Shown here one piece after another: positions 13,001-26,309 of a stretch of DNA of 64,000 bases. The translations under genes and the position numbers were made by a program. The notes under the pieces are model-generated. The model searched no databases and was not told the origin of the DNA. It worked only from the letters and a program-made list of their open reading frames with translations. The stretch comes from Fimbriosthenelais zetlandica (Eukaryota): contig OZ365110.1 of assembly GCA_977030845.1 (NCBI GenBank), positions 21,948,001 through 22,012,000 of the forward strand, read 5' to 3'. The first letter of the stretch is position 1; the number at the start of each line of letters is the position of its first letter.

Positions 13001-16000
13001 CTCTGGACCATTTGTCATGTCTAGAGGTCCGTGCATGTTGATGGTCGTGTAAGGTGGAGAGAATGGTGTGTGGACATCTCTCTCTGCTTGTCCTAATTTA
13101 CCCACTGTCTTCAGCTCTTTCCGACTCATGCCCTCCTAGCTGGGTTTAAAACTCTATTCAGATAAGGTCCCTTGTGACTCATGTCCGTGCCAAGAATTAA
13201 GATGGAAAACATCCGATTGTAGATTGTATTCAAAATTGTAAAGTTGATTCATACCAATTATGAGCTTGAGAACTTGCCAGTAGGTCAAATCCTGGCAGAC
13301 ATCATCGACTGGATGCATGTGTAAATATTTGACCTAAACTAGTTTGATTTATTTCTAGACATTAACAACTGCATACTTTGTGAAATTCTTCAAATAATTT
13401 TAATTTGTATTCCAGGTGAGTGGTCTACGTTTTCGATAAATGTACAGGATCAAATCAGAATGTCAGATTCATGAGGTTGGTGCCAAAATACTAATATGTT
13501 TTTGCCTTGATTTACTTACGCCTTTGCATTGATTGACTATCCATTTGTTTTGATTGAATTGAATACATTTCAAACCTGTTTTTCCGAAATTGCTTATAAT
13601 TGTTATGCACTGTTAAGTACTGAAATATATCAGATATTGCGATGGTTGAAACTAGAAGAATTAAATCCATGTTACCACCATTACCAAAGGATGATGTCCT
13701 TTACATCAATAATATTGTTCTACAAAAGTCCCATGTCAATATAACAATATCTTATCTAAACCTAATAGAACCCATTTGTTATCAGTCCTACGAGTCACTC
13801 GAAAAGTTTTAGTGCATACTTCCAGATTCCAGAGAGAAGCCAAGAGGAATATTTTGAATCGATTTAAAAAGCTTCATATATAGTTTATATCCTAAAAAAG
13901 AGCTGAGTATATTACATGTTGGTAGTTGAAACCTCTACCAGCTTGTAACTAACCGTCACATCTCTCAGGCCCTGATCAGGCATGTCAGGAGAGTTTGGAA
14001 ACTGTCGGCAATGTCTCTGAGCCGTCGGAAACTCTGGCAGAATGTGTAAGGCTGAGAGAGAGCCAGGCCCGTGTGATAACCGGGACCCCTGTCAATCGAT
14101 GCCCTGTAAAATCCTCCTATACTACTGGAGGTGGAAGACGGGGTAGAGGTAGGGCACAGCTTGTCAGTTTTGGTTGGTCTCTTAAGTTTCTCTATGATTT
14201 CCCCAGATAGAAGTCAGAGCATACCTTGGCAGGACTAAACAGCTTTGCTCTGAGTTAAAATGTGTTATAATATAGCTCGGGGAACTGCTGAATTAGCAGT
14301 CTCTCTAACCAGCTGGGCCAAATGTCGTCCATTACCCCTCAATATTACAGTGAAATTCATTTGATTTGAATTTGGAGGGGCCTGCACGCTTTCTTTCTAT
14401 TTTATTCTAGAATTTCTAGAGTCACCCTTAGGTCCAAAATTGCTGAAAAAAACTACTGTTTCCAACCAGCAGAATGTACATGTATAGCTATAATGTTTAT
14501 GGGAATAAGGTATAGAGCTGTGACCCTGACAACCTCTGGCTGGCAGCGGGCATTTATATGTGAGGGCGGGCCAGTCTATACCATATACCCCGTGCCAGCT
14601 GTTAGATGAGACCAATTCATTCAGGCTAATAATATCTAATACGGATAGCTGTCTGCCACCAGCACACTCAACCCCGTAATGCTTGCCGGACATAGCCCTG
14701 TCTGTATTGATATGCCGGAATAAATTATGAGAGCCAGGCTTATGGCACCCAGAGGATTGCATCATATTACAAAAATGCCCGATCCTCTTGGAGCATGAAG
14801 CACCCGGGGGCTTTAGGTGCTTTGATGAGTTTTCATCCCCAAGACAAATGACATCCTTGAAGGTCTGGTATAACAAGCTATATAGTTCTGCAATGGCCCA
14901 AGGATGTTTGGAACTCCTGCAATGGGTTAAATTACTCAAAGTTGGTTGATCATTGTCTGTGGTGAAACGTGTGTGCATTTTAGACAATTTACATGGAAGA
15001 ACTCAAGAAGGGCCTTTCTCTGAATCTCTGCCAGTGATGGAGAACTAAAGGCAATCCAGTCCAATGGACTTTGTTCATTTGTTTTAATCCGCCATTATGG
15101 TTTCCATTCTCCTGGATGAAACTTTAATTTACTGCTTGCATTCCCTTCCACAGTAATTTTATCTTGGAATTTTAAAGGATTTCAATGTACTCTGAAGGAC
15201 TTTTTTCTTGTTCCGATGTTTTCTTTCTGGCAATTTAATACTTTATTTCCCCAGTAAAAAAAGCTAAAAATAACCAATTTATCGGCTCATGGATTGTATG
15301 TGCTGCGACTCTCTTCATCTCCACATCCGGGCACTTGCTTTATGATTGCTGGAGAGGAGGGACTCCATTAATGGAACTCTTCAACGTCATCCCGGGAGGG
15401 GTGAATGGATGTTTCTGTAGCCGGAAGACGTATGAGAATGACTCCATTGGCAGCTCGTCTTCTTCCTGGACATTATGTCCACAGTTAGGCACGTCAATTC
15501 CTGGTCGAGAATAGCTTAAAAGTGGCCACATCACCTCCCAGCCAATACATCCACTGCCAAGTATTGACGGACAGTCGCGTCTCAAATGCTGGGCGGGATA
15601 ATGGCATGGCTGGTGAAATTGTTCAGCTTTTGTTGTCGTCCTTCAGTACCGATAATACTTTTACAGAAGTTATAGTGCCCAACTACAGTCCCTAATGTGG
15701 ATATATTTAGATCTTTAATCTATGATTATCCAAATCTGATCACATCCCTCTCTTCTTGATAACTTTTTCTTGGATACATGCGGCAATCGACCTCTGGTAT
15801 GCTTTTAGTAGAGAGGGAATTCTTTTAAAGGGGCATGAGCGTTTTCGAGATTTCACTGAAAATAGATAAAACAAGCCTAAAGAAACTGATAATGAGTATC
15901 GAAATCAAAACATAACAGTCTCTATAACAATTGGAACAAAAAAACCCATTGAAAGAAAAATAGCATAAATAAAAATCTACTGGGAGGTCCTACTTTGTCA

Positions 16001-16242
16001 CAGAGAGGTGCACACAAAACGTGAAATCCAAACAAGCTCATATCCCTATATAAGCTCATAAAGCATTTCATCAATATTAGAGTTTATTTCATTCGGAGTG
16101 TTCTGTAGTTAGGTGGTTAGGTCTGGCTGAAGTTATCAATATTTTAGATGCTTTCCATTTGGTTCATGCCATTAACGAAGCTTTTGTTGAACATTCATAG
16201 ATCCTACATATCGATTATTTTGTGTATACAAATTATATGTTA

Positions 16243-16284
16243 TATGTGCAACGTATATATATATATGCATATACGTTGCACATA
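16243..16284. repeat. Perfect 16-bp inverted repeat (hairpin/cruciform)
   Basis: tatgtgcaacgtatat (16243-16258) and atatacgttgcacata (16269-16284) flank a 10-nt AT-rich spacer. Confidence 0.85.
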
Positions 16285-19200
16285 CATGTATAGGTTTATC
16301 CCTGTCTATAAAGACTTAGTATCGGTAGTATCTTTCTGCTTGGAATTAAAAATGAAGCATTTGCTATAGGGAATATGGCTTGGGTGAATCTGCTTTTCAC
16401 CACCAATGTACTTCTTTCCTTTCGTGAATAAATCAATGAGGTCGCTACATCTAAATCTCATGGGTCTCACCATTCTTATTTAATAGTCCTTGTGTAGTCA
16501 GCAAAGCACAAACAAGAATGGCATTACTGAAGAACCTCCGGCAAAATTCTCAAGTGACATCGATATTGAAAGTGACTTTGCTTTTTGACGCGCTTCAGAG
16601 AAAATGCATTTGCTTAGAAAGTAGGATACACTTTTCAAGATTGAATCAGGAATTGGAGGATTTGTTAGATTCGGGTGTAATTTAGCAGGACCTCTTATTC
16701 CGTGATTAGCATGCTTAATGGGCCAACAAATCCCAATCTCTTGTGAGCCGAGTCTTATCTAATTAAAAGATATTAAACAACTTACAAAGGGTCCTAACTC
16801 ATTTTTTCCATTGACTCTAATTCACTCGTTCATCAGTGTAATTAGAAACAATTTATTCCCTCACTTGTAGATTGGCTGTCTTTAGTAATTGCCTCGTGTG
16901 ATAATGTCGATGCCTGCTCGAACAGGAATCATGGTCTAAAATAGTTCAACTGGATATTGATTGAGTTAGAGATGAAATCAGTGTTTAATGCATGCAGCCA
17001 TTTACCACCATTTATCGTTTCCCATTAGTGGGGAGGGGAAACTATCAAGGTTTATCACGGTTTCTCATGAAGCTTGCAGTAGTTGCCAGAGTTAATGACC
17101 TGGCCATGTTATGCCTCTGAACATGATTTTCAACAGACTGGCCACGGGGCAGACATCTTGGTACTGTTGGTTTCATTTGGTTTCATTTAGCATCCTGATA
17201 GTAGGTCTAGGTAAGATACCGATGTTCCAAACTTATTTAGAAAGCACAATGCAAAATCAATCTTGTGAGGGCCTACTATGGGAATCTTGGGAGGTGCATT
17301 TAGGAAGTGTCGTTTAGAATAGAATTAGAAATAATTAATATCTTCGGCTTAGTTAAAATACTAAAAAATAAAGATGTACGTGTATAAATCTCCCAGTGTA
17401 AGACCTTCTGAATCCTTTTGTCGCTCACCCACCAAGGCATAATTATCTGTTGTAAGGATACGAAGACAAAAAGGCGTATATGATGGAGTCCCTCACGGAA
17501 ACTGTGTTGTTCTTTTGTTGAGCTTATTATTTTCTGCTCGGGTGCATAAAATAGTAATACAGGACGTGGTATGGTGGGCGCATATGGGGGGTGGGGCCTG
17601 ACAATATAATGCTTGTTGTTGCTTAGTTACCGTCATGAATGGCCTCCGGATGTACGAGTCACTCGATGAACGATAGTGAGCTTGAGTTGTAAACTAGCTT
17701 GGATTGAGAGCTTCTACTAGATTATTGCCCAGGGCAAAGTGTAGCCAAATTAATAAGTTCCTATATACCGCCTAAAGAATTTCCTACTAAGATATTTATT
17801 AGATCCCCTGGACATTATAATAAAGAGATTTATGGGGGCAGAAAAGAGCTGTAAAATATTATAGCCACAACATTTGGGCTGGATTTGAATTTATTTTCTG
17901 GCCCAATCAAATGTTTTCAATATGCGGTTTCTTCCTCTAATGTTGACTCTATTAGAAAACCTGAATCTTCTATTAGTGGAATTAGTGTCAATTATTATTG
18001 GATCCTCCTCATCATCCTCAATCGTAAAGAGATGGTCTCAAAAGTATAAAGATTTAATGCAAATAGCGAATATTAGTGACAGCTACTGTAAAAACTGAAT
18101 GCTTTGATTGCCATATGGAATGTGTGGATGTCACATCCAATCACCAGTAACCATAAGTGTTTATTTTTAATTATCTCAAGGAGACTTCACTTTTTCTCTC
18201 CCATTATAATTTATTCCAAGCAAGGCAGCTTCTAAGAGATAAATATACATGTACGTATATAATGCTCTAAGTGAGACGCTTTAGAGGCGCCTCCCTTGAC
18301 TGACGTACAATCTCACCGGGGATATTCCACGGCCATTTTATACAGCTCTGACCTCTGCTCATTATTTCCCCACACCGGACTTTAAGCCTTCCTTTCTCCC
18401 TCCACCACCGTCTGCCACCCACTCTTCTGACAACAATTTCCCATCTGAACACCCACCGGACCCCTCTCCCAGATATATATAGTTCGTTATCTCCGTCCCA
18501 GTCTTCCCCCTTTTCTTACACCATACTGTGGACATGTCCGGGATCTGATACTGCCTCATAGTGCAGCCATTGCCCCCAATTACCTACAATTCACTCTGGC
18601 TAATGACATCTCTTCCTGTGCCCAATACAAACCATTCCAGGCACTGGCCAGGCTAGTCTTTGTGCCATTCCCCATACAACATGGTCGTCCTTCAGAGCGG
18701 CCTGCCTTGTGCCAGTAGGATTATGACATGGACAGCGCCCGGGCGCTACATGATGGCATATCTAGCAGCCCCCCAATTCCACCAGCCGTTTCATATAATT
18801 GGCTTTTTCTCTGCCCGTATATCCCCCCGGCCTTGGCTTGTTGACTACACAATTGTCAGCCCGTCCCCGTCATTTGGGTCACTTACAGATTCTGTTTATC
18901 AGTGTCATTGTCAATATAGACCACATAGGGCCATAACTAATACAGGGTGTCAATGAATTGGGGCTCAAAACAGGCCCTCGTCCATGTCAGCAAGCCTGGG
19001 ATTAGCTTATCAGGGGGTGACATGCTTGATAAAAGCACCTCTTAACAAGGTAAAAAGGCAAGCAGGTTTTTCCCCCTTCGGATTTTATCCACTTGGAGCC
19101 TCAGAAGGTAGCGGAATGTGTGGCTAAAAGTGCTTTGGTTTGCCTTTGGAGACTGAGCACTTCCTTAAGGGAAAAAGCGATTTTGTGTCCCCCTGTCCAG

Positions 19201-22200
19201 GCATTTAAGTTGGTTGTAAACATGCATGTGTGCGAATAAAGAATGAATGAAAAAATGGTGATTTAAATACCAAAGATGCAAAGGAATGGTCAGTGCAAGT
19301 AAGTGCTTTAATCAACTTAGACTCTGAGGGATGTATACCAGAGTCTAATTTTCATTTATAGCTAAGACTTATTGGGCTCCACTAGATTTTCTGACGCAAC
19401 TGCCACATTATTCTGCAAGGGTAAACTGCACTAGCAATAGCTTATGGCAGTTAAGACAACAGATAGTAGCCACAGGCCTGACCCGAATGAAATCTAATGA
19501 AATTGCAACACCTGCAAGGCAAAGGAACCCCATTGCAGCTATTCAGATGGATCTATTGTATTCCTATATCTCTATGTTAAAGGTCCCTATATACATGTTA
19601 CTTAAATGCACTTTGCATTGGATGTTTCTTTTCACATCATCCGTCTTCCTCATTTTCTCCGACACCTCTTTAGATTCAGCTTTCTCGAATTTGTGCTTTG
19701 CGTGTTTGGTCAACGAACTTAGTCACACCCGTGGACAGTGAGGGAGACATGCAGAGTCGATCTGTGTTGCACTTGTTCCACCTCCCAGACCCTCTCCATC
19801 GATTTGTCGCCCGTTGAGAATGTTGACATTCACTTGTGGGCGCCATATGTGGAGACTGGAGTGTCCTCAGTGTGGACCAATATAAGAACAGAGGTGGTGA
19901 GGCCCATGTTCTCAGTCTCAGGGGTCTCCCACTCTCTGACTGGGCTTATACCTGCCTGAGACCTGCCTACAAGTGTATTATCAACACTGCCAATGTGTTT
20001 ACTTACACAGCCATAGCAATCAATACATTTTCATTGCGTTTTATTGTTATCCATATTTTTCAATGTGACCTCGAATCGTTACACGTATTTCTAAGCCTCT
20101 CCTTGACATTCAAGCTTCCCTCCAACTTGTGCTCTTTCCTGTTATCATAATAAATATATCATAATTTAAAGAGAAAAGTTTACAGACCATAAAGTCCTAA
20201 ACTTTAATATCATGCCTTAAGTTCTGACTAGACATTCAATATGCGGCCAATTGATTTACTCGACAAAAGTCTTTCCTTGGGAAACATAATAACTCCCGTA
20301 TAGGGCAATATGGGCATCTAATGCATGCCTAATGGTGCTTTACATTCAAGCCAAGTATAAGTAATCATTGGCAACAAAAGAAAATCGATTTAATTTCCAT
20401 AGATTTCATGCTCCCTTTTCCAGGCTGAAGGTTTCATGGTTGCCAGTGTTCATGTGTATGGCCAGGCTGTGCAGTAATGTGGGAAAAATGAAATTATACA
20501 ATGTTCTATTCACACCATATGGTGCAGCAGAGTGTAAAATATATTGAAGAAGTGTTCCTTAGGTATATCCATATATCTAGGTCGTGTTGAATAAGTCTTC
20601 TATTATGAAGGGTCCTTCTAAGTGTTGCATATTAAATAATTAGATAGGGTCTCAGCATAGTAAGATGGATGCTTTATGAATTTAAAAGAGGACATATATA
20701 TGTATAAAATGATGGATAGCTTTTTATTGTTACTGGATGACAAGATAAAGATGGTGAGGCATGTACATGATCATTAATGGCTGACACAGCTGCCTCGGGC
20801 AGGCTCTGTGTCACTTCCCTACAATGGTGAACCCCCTTAGGTTAAGGGGCGCAATTTGTGTATACGCGTCAGGGCACAATTTGTGCCTACGTCACGCGCT
20901 GGTTTGTGGCATGTTGTAGGTGACAGGTGTTAGTAAGGTAGTGACGTGCATGACGTGACGCTGGAATAAGCACCGCTGTGAGGAACACTTCCATACAGAG
21001 ACTTTATATGTGTACGGGGCTTTGTGTCCGTAGAACATGACATGTATGAAGTTGTAGCGATAGAAACATACCATGTACGGATTTGACTCTTTGAAATTGT
21101 GACAATATGCCTTGCTGCATTTTGCAGCGAAATGCAGGCATTTTCACCAAATATATATTACTGTCATGTATGTCAAAATGGTAGTCATGAAATGGATCAG
21201 AAAACTAATTTTATACCATTTCTCTTCACATTCCCAAACGAAGCAATTACATTTAAGCATCACGTGAATTTTTCTGACCGGATTCCAGTGAACTAATTGC
21301 TATTTACATAATCCTATTCCAACGCGGAATACACTTAGATCTTAAAAAGAGACATAGTTCCGGAAAAGGACTCTGAGATAGTGGTAAAAAACTTAATATA
21401 TTACTTCATTCCAGCGGGTATTGTATGAGAAAAATAATACGATTATACTGGCGGAGCTTAGCGCTTAGTCTTTCTCATACCTCATTAATTGCCTTTTAAA
21501 GCTGGGTCCTTTTTACTTTGCCACTGTATGGAATTGGTTTGTCTTGCTAAGACGTACTGCAGAAACTTCATCAGACATTTTACCATTTGCGCCCCGAGTG
21601 CTTTCTTCCTTTAATTATTGATTTTATCACTAGAATCATTTCTAATTAAGCCTATTTGTGCTTTACAAGATATATGTTAAATCAGACTAGCACTTTCCAG
21701 TACAAAGAATGCTATATTTCAATTCTTTTGAAATGCTTTTAGCTGTATGAGATTGTGTGAGTTCTGCTTAAGCAGAGCAGCTGTTGAACGAGACCTACAA
21801 TATTTCTTATATGGAGAAAGAGGAGTATCCATTTCTTTAAAAATTAATCCTGTATGTTCATGTGTATCCGAATATATAGTAACTTCTGGTCCTGTCTCGA
21901 GAGTACTCCAAAGCACGTCCATAATTAATTGGCGTCGATTCAGCATTGAATTAGTTCCCTAGAAAATTCTGTTTTACCATCTATAAGATATAGTTGTATA
22001 TAGAGTACAGGAAAGTACATAGACATGCAATGACACCATATTCTACACCTAATTTCACTTGAATTAAAATTTAAAAAGTTGAGTATAACTGAGATAGGCC
22101 TATATAATATATATGTGATGTATGTCAACAAGCCCTGTTTAAATTCTTTATATACAACATGTGTTGGAGACTAGATCAGAGAAAACTCGAGGAGCAGCTT

Positions 22201-23389
22201 CGAGAAAGGTCGACTGGGTAGTATGTTGCCATAGATCAAACATATGAATATACTTCCAAATCCATAGGAGATATTTGCTTCCACTACATTTTACAAACTT
22301 ATAGCTGAGTTTGCAGAAAATATAAATAGTAAGATGACCCCAACGATAAGATGTTTCTGAAAACATGAGCGGACTGCGATGGTTTATTAGCTAATAGAAG
22401 GAAACTCCTTCTGTTCTCGGAAGCAACGTGTGGAAAAATTCAATAGTTTTTTATTTTTCCTAGCCAAACACCCATCTCTGTAGGAAAACGTGTGAATAAA
22501 TCACTAGACTTGTGGTGTGGATGTAAAAAGATTTGGTTTTGAGACAGACAAGGCTTCCGCCTTCCAGTCAAACTTTAGTCATTATTGGAGAATGGATCTG
22601 TAAAACAGCGTATAGTCTGGTTTTACAAGGAAAATATCATGAAGAAAATTCAGGATTATTCTCATATTATATTGAAATCTGTTATACTCTAATAGACGTG
22701 CTTTTTCAAAGTACAAATGTGAATGCATTCTACAACCTCTTTTCATTCACATGGTATTTGAGTAGATGAGTAAAAGCTGTAGAGAGAACATTTCCTTTGA
22801 CAGCAATGACGTTCCAGATGATCCAATAAACGGGTGTTCTCGCTGCCGTGAGGCAAATGACATTGGCAACAAAGTCTGTAAATGTTTCAGCTTCTCTGGT
22901 CAGCGAATGCATTGAGGCGGGAGTGTGGAGGCCGAGAACAGCTAGATAAAGGGATCGAGTATAATGGAATGACTCGAGGATTTCTGGTTGAAAAATAGGG
23001 TCGGGGTCATTGAGGAGAAGGAACAGAGGGAACATATTGGTATAATTCCATTACTATAGCATGAAGGGAATCACAAAATTAGTTTAGAAACTTGAAAGAT
23101 ATTTAGTTTTGAAGTTTGATTGATACATTTCTTATAATAAATTGACAAAGCAAGGTGTGTACAAAACAACAGATCTATCATTACCTGTCATTTCGATTAG
23201 CCAATGAGAGGGTGTTTGTACCAAACTTTAGCTGTAAGTCACAAATAAGGCTGAATATGTTTGTAGGAGTAAAAAGTGTGATAGAGGGGACATATAAAGC
23301 AGCTGGAGGACGGCTAAAGGACAGGGGGTGTATAGACTGCAGCTGGCATTGATGGATAGAGTGGAAATTAGGAGGCACTTGTTTTCAAT

Positions 23390-23580
23390 GGGGAGAGAGG
23401 AGGTAGGGTTGAGAGAGTGAGGGAGTATTATGGGGGATAGGATGAGATTGTTGAGGGTATGTAAGGAGAGAGGGGTTGGAGGCAGGGATATTGAGAAGGG
23501 GTGGGGTGGGCGGCAGGGATCGAGGGATTGGTGACGAAAGTGGTAGATAGATGGATAGATAGATAGAGAATAAGAATAAA
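23390..23580. repeat. Purine-rich (GA/GGA) low-complexity tract ending in GATA repeats
   Basis: Strongly G/A-biased ~190-bp stretch ending gatagatggatagatagatagag. Confidence 0.8.
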
Positions 23581-25224
23581 TTGTCTGGATCATATTATAA
23601 TCCTGCTACCCTATACTTAATCAAGCGAAAAGAAATCAAGGCTGCACAACTAGCCTAATCAAAGTCACATAAGAAAATCATAACTCAAATCCAAGATTAA
23701 CATTTCGCATGAAATATTAATCGGATTTGACAGATGGCATTCTCTGTTGCGAATTTGATCCTTCCTCATCCATCAACCACCAAAGCCGAGTTGTTGAAAC
23801 AAGAGAAAATCTTAGAACTGCAGCGCATGACTTTGTCATGAGCATGTAATGGCGGTGTTCAGTCATCTTAAAAGAACAATACCTGTCTGCTTGAATGGCC
23901 ATAGTTAGCTCAATAGATGGACAGCACATGTGAGAGCACAAACAATGCCTACAGAAGAAATCTCTTCCTGTCTCAATAGAAGATTATACAAGTTTATGCA
24001 GCTAAATATTATGCTTACATGTATACAGCTATATATATAGGAGTGGATCCAGGGGAAGGGGCTGAGTTCAGGGGAGTCACCTAGGATGAAATTGTTGTTT
24101 CTTGCTGCAAGGCTGCTGTTTTCTCCTATGAAACGTTGTCAAAACTAAATCTAGAATGTTATATAGTGGGATTGGCATGTCATCTTATTTTAGGATGTAT
24201 TGCAGATCAAAAGATTTGACATTAATTTACGTACTAATTGTAAATGTACGGTATATATTTTCCCATGGTTGCCACACATATCAACCACCTTGCATTAATT
24301 TACAGATAGCCCTATCAGTGAAATGACTTCCACTAGTTGGGATTGCTTGCTGTCCATGTGGGTTTTCCCCGGATGACCTCCGCATATTATTGGCCTCTTG
24401 CTAATGGACATTTTCACGTAACATGAGACATGGGGAAGCTAGCAACATTCTAGCAAATGGAACAAGGAACCCCGAGTATTTGCTTCATTTAGATCAGTTT
24501 CAAATGAAACCAACTTTTAGATTCCGTTCCCAACCAGACTTTAGGAATAATGGGGATGATGGCTATTATTTCTATTCCATGCCTATTCCATTCCCCATAG
24601 GCCATCATTTGATTTACACAGCGATGGTACTGCAGATCCATGTCAATATTTCGAGTGTATTTAATATAGGGTTTTATAAGAGTTTTATTTGAGAGAAACA
24701 TTTCTCCAAGAAATGGAAAAAACGATGCTATCCATATCACTCAAGCCTATTATTCTATACATGTATGTTAATGTAGTTTGATACTTAAATTCAATCTTTA
24801 AATTTAATCAGATGGTTTATATTAGCTAAGAGACTCTTTTAGTTTTCTGTGACATACATTTATTAGAATACACACTGAGGTATTGAAATGGTCATGGAAT
24901 GACCCCCACCTCCTATTCCATGGACTCATTACTGTCTCATTTGCTCTTTATGTGCGACTGTTTGCAGCATCAGTGAAGCTCAGGTATGAATATAACCTGA
25001 ACTAGAAATCTGGTGTTGCCAGACTGTCAGCCTCAGATGAGATAAAAATGAGCCCTCATTGATGGTATTGTGCGTTATTATGGATGTAACCCATCTCAAT
25101 GACCGATCCCATGCGATCCATGGAGTTTCATAAAATGCCACTTAGGAGTGAGTGGTTGGATCGATCTCTGATTTTGAACAGATTTTAGTTGTTCAGTGCA
25201 TGTCACCCAACTACGAATGTGAGG

Positions 25225-25310
25225 TCACAGTAAGCTCACAGAATATTTCACAGTGAGTTATCAGAATATCTCACAGTGAGTTATCAGAATATCTCACAGT
25301 GAGCTCATAC
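25225..25310. repeat. 23-bp minisatellite (~3.7 copies)
   Basis: Unit tcacagtgagttatcagaatatc starts at 25225, 25248, 25271 and 25294; the two middle copies are identical. Confidence 0.9.
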
Positions 25311-26256
25311 TCTGTGCTTGCAGTACCGTGCATAAAACAGCCGGAGATGCATAGGTCACCTTACATTGATAAAAGTTATTGGGATTTTTTTTTACAATCT
25401 TTCTCAAATCGAACCCAATTTCAACATGGGAATCTCCAGTAAAAAACCGGTCCCCAGGACCAAAGGTCATTCTTAAGATTTTGATGAGAAATTTGGGGTT
25501 TGGGAGTGTGTCTTCTAGCTATTTTTGAATTTCATATTCCCATACCTGCTATATAACTCAAAACTCCGGTGCAGTGACTGGTAACTTTTTAAGTCGCATG
25601 CACATCCCGAAAGACGCAAAAATGGTGTTATATCCTTATTTAATATATATGCTGGTTTGGGTCCTCTAAACACTTTCAGGTTTTTTGCTTGGTCGACTGT
25701 CATCCCTGCAATAGATTCTGGTTTGCCTGGGAATAACTACACATACTGAATTGTGAAATGAAATTAGAGAAGTTTCCCTGCCTCCCCCGTCTCCTCCCTA
25801 ATCCTCCTGGGTATTGGCATGCATGTGAGAGATGCCTGATCAAGCCATCCCTCATTCCTTCACTACATCTGCCAGCCTTAAGCCATCCTGGGTCTGAGGG
25901 CGGTCATGACCCCCAGTCCGGAGTACCCAGGGGAGGATTGAGGGGATTTCTAAGTCTGCTCTTTAAATTCTGGGATTCAGTCTAAGCGAGTGGGTGTTGG
26001 TAGCGGTTTCTGTAAAATATTTTACTCGAATATCTAGTTCTGAATTGTGCATGTATCTATTCAAAAACCGATAGTTTTGATTGATTGATTTTTGAATATG
26101 AGGGGCGTAATTACTAAGCAAATAAGATATTTCAAGCCCATGCAGTGCCATGCAAATCGGGAGTATTTATTCAGATGTCATTGTATCTAAAGTAATTTAA
26201 ATTAATGATCTAAAGTAATTAATTTTGCAATAAAATATTGGAGACAAGTCAATCTG

Positions 26257-26309
26257 TCTCTCTCTTTTCTCTCTCGCTCTCTCTCTCTCTCTCTCTCGCT
26301 CTCTCTCTC
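26257..26309. repeat. (CT)n microsatellite, interrupted
   Basis: About 50 bp of CT repeats with two CG interruptions and a short T run. Confidence 0.95.

Noticed and set aside
14397-14987. Longest ORF (196 aa, minus strand)
   Set aside because: It has no recognisable domain, a Cys/His/Ser-rich random-like composition, a non-ATG start and no clear splice context. Roughly 0.1 such ORFs are expected by chance, so it is not compelling. A BLASTp/HMMER hit would overturn this.
15825-15860. TTAA-AGGGGCA start resembling a Kolobok terminus
   Set aside because: No matching opposite end or second TTAA-bounded TIR was found nearby.
17191-17210. 20-nt plus-strand microexon-like segment (tttcatttag|...|gtaaga)
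   Set aside because: The length is not divisible by 3, and the acceptor arises from a 10-bp tandem duplication. Chance level.
19480-19720. Minus-strand peptide containing MYIGTFNIE, reminiscent of the start of a LINE endonuclease
   Set aside because: The downstream frame has stops and lacks the other APE catalytic motifs, so the similarity is too short.
25225-25310. Regularly spaced repeats as a possible CRISPR-like array
   Set aside because: The units are head-to-tail with no unique spacers, and the context is eukaryotic. It is an ordinary minisatellite.
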